NCBI GenBank assembly: GCA_902803575.1
Contig: CADCQK010000259.1
Span: 1 to 56,889, forward strand
DNA: 56,889 nt
Direction: 5' to 3'
DNA from: Oscillospiraceae bacterium
GTDB lineage: Bacteria > Bacillota > Clostridia > Oscillospirales > Oscillospiraceae
In this document: piece after piece, positions 43,171 through 50,635 of the stretch
Layout: each line of letters opens with the position of its first letter
Position numbering within the stretch: position 1 is the stretch's first letter
The notes under the pieces: model-generated
The model's database searches: none
The model's input: only the letters and a program-made list of their open reading frames with translations
Told to the model about the DNA's origin: nothing
Program-made: the position numbers and the translations under genes

Positions 43171-44457
43171 TCAAATTGTATTTCTTAAACGATTGGTGGG
43201 ATAAGCCATCTCACTGGCAGCGACACGACGCCGCTCGCCTTTTTCATGATACCCCTCGGTCAGGAACACGATGAAAAACAGCATATAGAAGGTTCCGTGG
43301 GTATGAGGCGTGAAGAACGACAGACCAATCAGGAAGGCCGCCAGCCAGAAGGACCAGCCGCGCAGATCGATCAGGCACTTCAGATAGAACAAATAGGACA
43401 GCAGCGTGCCGACAATGCCGAATTTGTACATGGTCGCGTTGAAGCCGGTCATGTGGAAATCCAGACCGGAGTAGTGGTCGGAAATGCCGAACACAAGCTC
43501 CCATCCGTGCATCTGGCGGATAAACTCATAGCCGCCCTCAACGCGTCCCGAGACGGCGTTCTTGTAGTCAGAGCCGCTGGAGAAGATGCGGATGACGCTC
43601 CGGTGGAAGAAATCGACCTTGAAAAACATAAAGACCAGCACGGCAGTGATCAGAAGCAGAATCGAAAGATTGCGAGGCTGCAGCAGCTTCGGCAGCAGCA
43701 GCTTGCCGTATCTCCGCTTCTCGCTGTTTCTGGACAGATACACCAGCCAGAGCAGCACCGTCGCGATGATGGCCATGCCAGAGGTGGAGAGGATCATGCC
43801 AGCGGACAGGAAAATTGCCTTCCGTTTTGCCCGGAACCCCGCTCCGGAATGGTAGATTTCATACACCAGCGGCGCGAACAGATAGATGAACATGTGAGAC
43901 GGCTCCAGGAAGAAAGCCGAAGGCCGGTAGAAGGAGATCGGTCGGCCGGTGATGCTGTATCGTCCGGTATTGGCAAGCTTGACCCACTGGTTGGCACTTT
44001 TCAGCAGCAGCGAGGTCGGCACCATCTTCAGATGGAAATGCAGCAGATAGTAGCAGAAATACTGCAAAATGATGCCCACACAGGCTGCCATTGAAATGAC
44101 CGTAGCGACTTTGATCACCTTTTTTGCCTCCAGACAACCGGACAAAAACGCCATCGTGAACACGAAATAAACCAGCACGAGGCCCATTTCGCTTGCGCTG
44201 GTGCCGTGGTCAATGATTTTATAAACTTGAAACAAATACAGTCCGCCGAACACATTCAGGCATCTGGACGACAAAACAGGACGGCCCGCAAATAAAGCCA
44301 AAACCAGAACCATGGCAAGTATGATAACGGTAACGCCGCCGTTGATCACACCCTTATAGTTCTGGAGGATCGGCGCGATCGCCACAGCGATCACAGCCAG
44401 TGTGGCTAAATTCAATACACGGGCCTGACTTCTGCCCCGCGTGATGCTTATCTTCAT
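43171..44457 (-). CDS. Wzy-type oligosaccharide repeat-unit polymerase / O-antigen ligase-like membrane protein
   Basis: About 10-12 TM segments, with a periplasmic loop RPSAFFLEPSH typical of polymerases. Confidence 0.65.
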   Translation of the reverse strand: MKISITRGRSQARVLNLATLAVIAVAIAPILQNYKGVINGGVTVIILAMVLVLALFAGRPVLSSRCLNVFGGLYLFQVYKIIDHGTSASEMGLVLVYFVFTMAFLSGCLEAKKVIKVATVISMAACVGIILQYFCYYLLHFHLKMVPTSLLLKSANQWVKLANTGRYSITGRPISFYRPSAFFLEPSHMFIYLFAPLVYEIYHSGAGFRAKRKAIFLSAGMILSTSGMAIIATVLLWLVYLSRNSEKRRYGKLLLPKLLQPRNLSILLLITAVLVFMFFKVDFFHRSVIRIFSSGSDYKNAVSGRVEGGYEFIRQMHGWELVFGISDHYSGLDFHMTGFNATMYKFGIVGTLLSYLFYLKCLIDLRGWSFWLAAFLIGLSFFTPHTHGTFYMLFFIVFLTEGYHEKGERRRVAASEMAYPTNRLRNTI

Positions 44458-44541
44458 TCTTTCGGTTTCCCTCCATCATTTCTCAGACTGACCGACCGGC
44501 GCGCCAGCCAGCGCTCCCCATCCGGTAAACGCATGGCGGCG

Positions 44542-45105
44542 TCAGGATCCGTGCCGTTGATCGAACCGTTCCCATTCCGCAGCAGCCACCTCCGGGGGCA
44601 TCTGCTGTTTTTTGAACGCGACCGTCTGGTTCTTGCTCATTTTCCGAAGCGCCATGAACATATCAAAGCGCCCGGTGGGCTTGGCGGGAATGCCGGAGGC
44701 AATGGAGTTTTCGGGGATATCCGACGCCACGACGCTTCCGGCGGAGATGATGCAGTTGCGGTTGATTCTCACATTCGGCATGATGATGACGTTCATGGAG
44801 ATATAGACGTTGTCCATCAGCTCGATGCACCCGAGCTTTTCCCGATAACCGAAGTCCGCGTCGGGATCGCAGCCCTTCAGGAAGTTGTTGATCATGTCGT
44901 GGGGAGACAGGTGGGCGCTTTTGTGCACGACCACGTTGTCATGGACCCGGATCAGCTTCGCGTGCAGCGGCAGCAGCCAGGGACCCCACTTGACATTCTC
45001 GCCCATGTGGTCGAAGAGATTGTGCTTGCGAATATAGTCCGCACGCTTGCGGGCGGAACGGCACAGCAGCAGACGGATGCTGTGATAGAGTCTTGCAGCT
45101 CTCAC
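44542..45105 (-). CDS. Hexapeptide-repeat (LbH) acetyl/acyltransferase
   Basis: GTG start 7 nt after GGAGG. Hexapeptide run IELMDNVYISMNVIIMPNVRINRNCIISAGSVVASDIPENSIASGIPAK. Confidence 0.8.
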   Translation of the reverse strand: MRAARLYHSIRLLLCRSARKRADYIRKHNLFDHMGENVKWGPWLLPLHAKLIRVHDNVVVHKSAHLSPHDMINNFLKGCDPDADFGYREKLGCIELMDNVYISMNVIIMPNVRINRNCIISAGSVVASDIPENSIASGIPAKPTGRFDMFMALRKMSKNQTVAFKKQQMPPEVAAAEWERFDQRHGS

Positions 45106-45148
45106 GTAGATTCCTCCATTTTCAGATGCGCATCATGCGCTGCGGGTC

Positions 45149-45172
45149 GATGCTTCTCAACGTCGAAGCATC
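45149..45172 (-). other. Perfect 8-bp inverted repeat (intercistronic stem-loop)
   Basis: GATGCTTC-8 nt-GAAGCATC, overlapping the stop codon of the sugar transferase gene. Confidence 0.4.
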
Positions 45173-45875
45173 AGGAATGGGGCTCCGGCATTTCCTCCGG
45201 TCTCGGCACGGTGCCGGCTTCCCACTGGGCCTTTCGGTAATCCCAGAAAAGCTCCTGCTTGCCGGCCTCGATGATGTCCGCGTGCTTGAACACCTTGGCC
45301 ACCGTCTGAAACAGGATCTTCACATCCAGCCAGAAGGAGACATTCTCAACATAGTAGAGATCGTATTCAAATCGCTTGTCCCAGCTGGCGGCGTTTCTGC
45401 CGTTGACCTGGGCGAGTCCCGTCAATCCCGGCCGGACCGCATGGCGGCGGTGCTCCGCAGGGGTGTAATACGCCAGAGCCTTTTTGTTCCAGGGTCTGGG
45501 GCCCACAAAGCTCATGTCCCCTTTCAGGATGTTCCAGAGCTCCGGAATCTCGTCCAGGCTGGTGGCGCGCAGCATCCGTCCGAACTTGGTCATGCGCTGG
45601 GCGCTGGGCAGCAAGACACCGTTCTCGTCCACATCGTTGGTCATGGAGCGGAACTTGCAGAGGCCGAACAGCTTTTCCTTGCCGGTCTTGGGGTCGATTT
45701 TGCCGGGACGCTGGTGAACAAAAATGACCGGTGAACCGAGATTCACCTTCACCAGGATCGCCACGATGGCGTACAGCCAGCAGAACAGGATCATTGCAAC
45801 AACAGACAGGACAATGTCGAATAACCGCTTAACGACATTGTTATAAAACTTATGCCTGGGTTCGAGTGTTTCCAT
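45171..45875 (-). CDS. Small monotopic phosphoglycosyl transferase (bacterial sugar transferase, PglC/EpsL/WbaP C-terminal type)
   Basis: KRLFDIVLS, SPVIFVHQRPG, KFRSM, DEIPELWNILKGDMSFVGPRP and GLTGLAQVNGR motifs. ATG at 45875 preferred, with TTG at 45902 possible. Confidence 0.85.
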   Translation of the reverse strand: METLEPRHKFYNNVVKRLFDIVLSVVAMILFCWLYAIVAILVKVNLGSPVIFVHQRPGKIDPKTGKEKLFGLCKFRSMTNDVDENGVLLPSAQRMTKFGRMLRATSLDEIPELWNILKGDMSFVGPRPWNKKALAYYTPAEHRRHAVRPGLTGLAQVNGRNAASWDKRFEYDLYYVENVSFWLDVKILFQTVAKVFKHADIIEAGKQELFWDYRKAQWEAGTVPRPEEMPEPHS

Positions 45876-45898
45876 CACTGATTGACTCCCTTTTATAC

Positions 45899-47218
45899 TC
45901 AAGAATCAAAGAATCTCGTCGTGTCAAACGGCGCAAACAGCAGGCTCCGGCCGTCGGTGTCGTCCACCCGGACGTGCGCCTGGATAAAGTGGATCGTGTC
46001 GGCCATTTCCTCCAGGTCGTTGGCGCGGATCTTGAAGGAGATGACCCGCTGCTGGGTGGTGCCGCGGTCCGGGATGTTCTTCCCCACATAGACGTAGGGG
46101 CTGATATCCAGAACATTTTCCCGCCCGCTGACCGCGCTGTAATCCACGTTGCCGACTTCGCCTGCATGGGCATACATCACATAGGTCGCCATCTGCTCTT
46201 TCAGTTCCGGATTGTCCTTGGACAGCGAGTCTCCCATGGAGCCCGTGAGCGAATGGTGGATCATCATCTTCATGTGATTGATCCCGTTGCAGCGGCTCAG
46301 CAGCTTCCAGTCGTTGCCGCCATTGAGACGGAGGCCCATTTCAAAGGCGACGATCCGGTCATCCGTTGCGATGAACTGGAAGCCGGCGATGCCGTTTTTC
46401 ACGCCGATGTCCCGCAGCAGCGACTTGATCTTTTCATCGATCGTATCCCGGTAGCGCCTATAAAACCGCGACGGCGTGATGGCGATGTCACAGAGGGCAG
46501 CGTATTTCGTTCCCTCTCTGGAGAGGTACTTGTCGTTGATGATCGAAAGGCTGATCTCGCCGTCGGCAATGGTATAGATCGCTGTGATCTCCATGCCGGT
46601 CACATACTCCTCCACCACAACGGTGTGGGTTTCAGAGTTCTTTTCCGCAAAGGCCAGAGCATCGTCCAGCTGCTCCTCGGAGTCGCAGATCGTGATGCCG
46701 ATGCGTCCGCCGTAATCCGCCGGCTTGACGATGACCGGGTAGCGGATCGCGCTCCGGTCCAGTTCCGCCGCATGACCGTTTTTGCAGTACTCGGTGGGGA
46801 CCGGCACACCATGCTTTTCGCAGAGGTGCTTGAACGAGCGCTTGTTGCGCGTCAGCTCCACCTGCTCTGGGGTGACATAGAACGGTGTCCCCAGCAGCTG
46901 GGAGAGCCTGGCGGCATAGAACACCTTGCCCTCACTGTAGCCGGAGAACACACCGCTGACGCCCGCCTCGCGGCACTTGTGAACCAGCGTGTCCATGTCG
47001 GAATAGTCGATGTCCCACGCCTCATCAGCGATGGACTTCGCCGGGAGCTTCGAGTAGTCGCTCCCACGCTCAGTGACAATGGTATACACGCCCATCTCCC
47101 GCGCCTGGCGCACGATGTTCATCAGATTCGTCTCGCCGCCGATGATCAGCAGCTTCTTTCCTTTGGCCTGTTCAAACATGTATCTTTTTCCTTTATCCGA
47201 CTGACAGCGGTCTGTCAT
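45899..47218 (-). CDS. ATP-grasp ligase (439 aa)
   Basis: Pre-ATP-grasp KKLLIIGG, followed by KHGVPVP, YPVIVKPADYGG, VVVEEYVTG and FQFI...FEMGLRLNGG. ATGA overlap with the upstream gene. An alternative ATG at 47179 is possible. Confidence 0.75.
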   Translation of the reverse strand: MTDRCQSDKGKRYMFEQAKGKKLLIIGGETNLMNIVRQAREMGVYTIVTERGSDYSKLPAKSIADEAWDIDYSDMDTLVHKCREAGVSGVFSGYSEGKVFYAARLSQLLGTPFYVTPEQVELTRNKRSFKHLCEKHGVPVPTEYCKNGHAAELDRSAIRYPVIVKPADYGGRIGITICDSEEQLDDALAFAEKNSETHTVVVEEYVTGMEITAIYTIADGEISLSIINDKYLSREGTKYAALCDIAITPSRFYRRYRDTIDEKIKSLLRDIGVKNGIAGFQFIATDDRIVAFEMGLRLNGGNDWKLLSRCNGINHMKMMIHHSLTGSMGDSLSKDNPELKEQMATYVMYAHAGEVGNVDYSAVSGRENVLDISPYVYVGKNIPDRGTTQQRVISFKIRANDLEEMADTIHFIQAHVRVDDTDGRSLLFAPFDTTRFFDS

Positions 47219-48177
47219 TTTTTCAGGATCTTGACCTCATTGTATTTCATCATGTAGATCCCCTCATCGTAATCGCCGATGCGCTTTTCGTTGGCCCGGC
47301 CCTGCAGATTATTCAGGATCAGCTTCATGTGGTCGCATCCGGCCTCATAGGCGTGGGGATAACCGCCGCCGAAACGGGGGTTGACTTCGGAGATGTAGTA
47401 GACGCCGTCCACTTCGAAGATGTCAATGTCGATCTGGCCCCGGTAGCCGGCCTCCAGAACGAATTTCTCAATGAGGGCAAACAGCGCAGGGTCCTTGAAG
47501 CTGACCGCCTTGTCCGTCTCACCGGCCCGCATCAGCAGCTTTTTCTTCGTGAAGATCGAGACGACCTCCCCGCTGATCATGTCGATGTAGACGTCCGCGC
47601 CGATCTCCTGCCCGTCCAGAAACTCCTGGATCATCAAATCATTACGCTGCCGGTAGAGCAGATCGATGGTCTCCCGGTCATAGACCTTGGAGATGCTGAT
47701 GGAGGCAGAACCCCGATAGGGCTTGACAAAGACGGGATAAGACACCAAACCGGACTCCACAGCCCGGTAAAACGCCTCCGGCTCTCTCCAGGATCTGGCG
47801 CAGTGATAACCGTGGTCCGTGAGCCACCGGAACATCTGCATCTTGTCCAGAGACATCTCGCAAAGCTCATAGGAGCTGCCGATCACGGTGGTGCCGACAG
47901 CTTCGAACAGAGACGCGTTTTTCGCCAGCAGACTCAGCTCCGGGTCGATCAGACTCAAAACGCCGTCGATCTGCTCCTTGCGGCAGATGTCCAGAATCAC
48001 GTCAATATAGCCCGGAGCCGTGATGGGCGGAACAATATAGTGCTTGTCGGCATCATAGATTGCAGGCCCGAAGGGACTTGCATCCGTCGCTACAATCGTA
48101 CCGACGCCGGCAAAGGCGGCTTTGAAATACTGGACAACTTTATCTCTGGTGCCAGCGGCCAGAATCAGAAAATTCAT
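47215..48177 (-). CDS. ATP-grasp ligase (320 aa, carbamoyl-phosphate-synthase L-chain-like)
   Basis: MNFLILAAG, YPVFVKPYRGSASI, MIQEFLDGQEIGADVY and ISEVNPRFGGGYP motifs. Confidence 0.8.
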   Translation of the reverse strand: MNFLILAAGTRDKVVQYFKAAFAGVGTIVATDASPFGPAIYDADKHYIVPPITAPGYIDVILDICRKEQIDGVLSLIDPELSLLAKNASLFEAVGTTVIGSSYELCEMSLDKMQMFRWLTDHGYHCARSWREPEAFYRAVESGLVSYPVFVKPYRGSASISISKVYDRETIDLLYRQRNDLMIQEFLDGQEIGADVYIDMISGEVVSIFTKKKLLMRAGETDKAVSFKDPALFALIEKFVLEAGYRGQIDIDIFEVDGVYYISEVNPRFGGGYPHAYEAGCDHMKLILNNLQGRANEKRIGDYDEGIYMMKYNEVKILKK

Positions 48178-48189
48178 TTATCTGTTTCC

Positions 48190-49500
48190 TCACTGAAAGC
48201 ATCTGTGAATGATATCGATCACGACATCCTGCTCGGCCGGCGTCATCTTGTTGTCGCTGGGCAGGCACAGGCCCCGTCTGAAGATGTCCGCGCCCACGTC
48301 CACGATCTTGCCGGAGATATAGGCGTTGGTTTCGCCGCGGCCGTTTCCTTCCGCAGTCACGAATGCATTCGTGCGGTAGATCGGCTGCATATGCATGGGC
48401 TTCCAGATCGGACGGCCCTCGGCGTTGAAGGCTGCCAGCGCATCCAGAATCTCCTGAGGGGAACTCTTGCCGGGCTCTGTCTGATAGAGATAATCCCGCT
48501 CGCCGCGCACCATGGGCGCCATGGCTGCCTCATCGATGATCATGCAGCTGAGCCAGAAGTTCGGGATGCACTTGTCCGGATCCCAGGGATTCATCTGTAC
48601 CGGAAGATCCTTCAGCCCTTCAGCATAGCGCTCCCAGACGGCCCGCTTCTGTGCGATGTGCGCGTCCAGATAAGGGGTCTGCCCTCTGACCACGCCGGCA
48701 ATGATATTGCTCATGCGGTAGTTATAGCCGACTTCCTCATGCTGATACCAGGGGGCATCTTCGCGGCTCTGGGTGGACCACTTTCTCACCTTATTGGCAT
48801 CCTCCAGACTGTCGGTCAGGAACATGCCGCCGGCGCTGCCGGTAATGATCTTGTTGCCGTTGAAGGAGATGCAGTTGTAATCTCCGAGGGCGCCGGTCTC
48901 CACCCCCTGGCCGTTCAGCTTATATTTGGCGCCGAGACTCTCGGCCGCGTCTTCGATGATCAGTGCGCCGTGCTTTTCGGCGATGGCCTTGATCTCCTGC
49001 ATCTTCGCGGGGGTGCCATAAAGGTGCGCCACCACGATGAGTCTGACCTCCGGGTAAAGCTCAAAGGCCTTTTCCAGCGCCTCGGGGCTCATGTTCCAGC
49101 TGTCATACTCCGTATCGATGAAAACAGCCTCGCCGTCTTCATAGGCCACCGGATTGACGCTGGCGTCGAAGGTGCAGTCAGAACAGAAGACCCGGTGCCC
49201 GCGGAGGGTACCCTCGTTGGGTCTTGCCTGGCCGTAGAGCTTTTCCCCTGCCAGCTTCGTGGCAAGATGCAGCGCCGCAGTTCCAGCGGAGAGCGCCACA
49301 GCGTACTTGCAGCCGATGAAGGCCGCCAGCTGCTGCTCAACCTCGTTGATGTTCGCGCCCACGGTGCTCACCCAGTTGGTGCGGATGGCGTCATCCACCC
49401 ACTTCTGCTCCTCACCGTGCATGGTCGGCGTGGCAAGCCAGACTTTGGATTGGAAAGGCACGATGCCGGAAAACCTGGGGTCTGTTAAAAATCGATTCAT
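48190..49500 (-). CDS. DegT/DnrJ/EryC1/StrS family PLP-dependent sugar aminotransferase
   Basis: SAGTAALHLA, IIEDAAESLGA, SFNGNKIITGSAGGM (PLP lysine) and GYNYRMSNI motifs. ATG at 49500 preferred over the track start at 49563. Confidence 0.85.
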   Translation of the reverse strand: MNRFLTDPRFSGIVPFQSKVWLATPTMHGEEQKWVDDAIRTNWVSTVGANINEVEQQLAAFIGCKYAVALSAGTAALHLATKLAGEKLYGQARPNEGTLRGHRVFCSDCTFDASVNPVAYEDGEAVFIDTEYDSWNMSPEALEKAFELYPEVRLIVVAHLYGTPAKMQEIKAIAEKHGALIIEDAAESLGAKYKLNGQGVETGALGDYNCISFNGNKIITGSAGGMFLTDSLEDANKVRKWSTQSREDAPWYQHEEVGYNYRMSNIIAGVVRGQTPYLDAHIAQKRAVWERYAEGLKDLPVQMNPWDPDKCIPNFWLSCMIIDEAAMAPMVRGERDYLYQTEPGKSSPQEILDALAAFNAEGRPIWKPMHMQPIYRTNAFVTAEGNGRGETNAYISGKIVDVGADIFRRGLCLPSDNKMTPAEQDVVIDIIHRCFQ

Positions 49501-49635
49501 GTTACATACATCCCAACGATCGTAGTTTTTGTGTGAAATCTGCGTCTGCGGATCGAGCCGCATGCCGCGAAAGAGAAGTCTATTCCGGCCGCACGGTGAT
49601 TCCGCGCAGGCACTAACAAATCATCCGCTCCATCC

Positions 49636-50298
49636 TCAGCGGTTTTCCACCACAGAGAGGAGTTCGGCGTGGATCTCATCGATCCCCCGCATTTCGCCCG
49701 CCCGGCTGCAAAGGACGGTTTTCCAGCCCAGCCGGTTGGCACAGTATTCCGCGGCCTTCCGGGAGCGGTCCAGATAGGCGAGGTTGCTTTCATGGATATC
49801 TTTTCTGCTCTCGTCACCGTGATAGCGCCCGGTCATCAGCTTCTGGCTGACCTCCGGCTCCACCTTCAGATAGAACACCAGATCCGGCGCAGGGATCCCC
49901 AGCAGCCGATATTCAAACTCGAACAGCCAGTCAAGATAGCCGTCCCATTGCTCCTCCGGAAGCTTGGAGCACTGGTGGATGGCGTTGGAGGTCGTATAGC
50001 GGTCGGCAACGATGATGCCGCCTTTCTGATAGAAGCCGCCCCAGTCTTTCTTGAACGAGGCGTAGCGGTCCACCGCATAGAAGGAAGACGCGGCGTAGGC
50101 ATTCACATCCCCGGGGTCGCTGCCGAAGGCGCCGCTCAGATACATCTTGATCAGCGCCGAGGAATCGCTTGCGTAATCCGGGAAAGACACGGCCCGTACT
50201 GCGGTATCCCGGCTTTGGAGTGCCTCGTAAAGAAGCTTTGCCTGTGTTGCCTTTCCACTGCCGTCCAAGCCTTCGATCACGATCAGTTTCCCGCTCAT
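49636..50298 (-). CDS. tmk: Thymidylate kinase
   Basis: LIVIEGLDGSGKATQ P-loop, VSFPDY and DRY motifs. Confidence 0.85.
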   Translation of the reverse strand: MSGKLIVIEGLDGSGKATQAKLLYEALQSRDTAVRAVSFPDYASDSSALIKMYLSGAFGSDPGDVNAYAASSFYAVDRYASFKKDWGGFYQKGGIIVADRYTTSNAIHQCSKLPEEQWDGYLDWLFEFEYRLLGIPAPDLVFYLKVEPEVSQKLMTGRYHGDESRKDIHESNLAYLDRSRKAAEYCANRLGWKTVLCSRAGEMRGIDEIHAELLSVVENR

Positions 50299-50343
50299 AG
50301 TTCTTCCGTCCGCCTTCTGTTCCTGTGGTCTGAATTCTGCTGA

Positions 50344-50385
50344 AATCTTAAGATCATTTCAATTTAGAATCTTAACAAATCTTAA
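50344..50385. repeat. Three direct copies of AATCTTAA (two further AATCTT hexamers at 50468 and 50487)
   Basis: Octamers at 50344-50351, 50368-50375 and 50378-50385, inside a 337-bp AT-rich intergenic region. Confidence 0.5.
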
Positions 50386-50635
50386 AATCATACAGATTTA
50401 ATTTTACACTATTTCTGTCAAATCGTCAACCTGTGAAACTGGTAAAACCGTATAATTGTCAGCACCAAATCTTGTATTGTTTGCATAATCTTCATAGAGT
50501 TTACAAATGGTTTTTCTGGAGGACATGGGTTTCTCGAAGCATGAAAAACAGATCGCCCGATCCTGTCGAACAACGGTTTTTTCCGGTTTGAGCTACCGGT
50601 ATATTCCGTATTCGAAAAGATCGGGTCGATGGAGC

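Noticed and set aside
47329-49488. 719-aa plus-strand ORF
   Set aside because: It is antisense to the ATP-grasp and DegT genes, with no domain motifs. The same reasoning rejects 30355..32082(+), 52738..54444(+), 12115..13884(-), 19114..20760(-), 26586..27971(-), 45866..47257(+), 38727..40025(+) and 36079..37503(+).
28020-50298. Genomic island or horizontally acquired cassette
   Set aside because: I saw no integrase, transposase, flanking direct repeats or tRNA junction. By eye, base composition of the coding parts does not differ obviously from the flanks. I cannot compute GC or codon statistics here, so no HGT claim is made.
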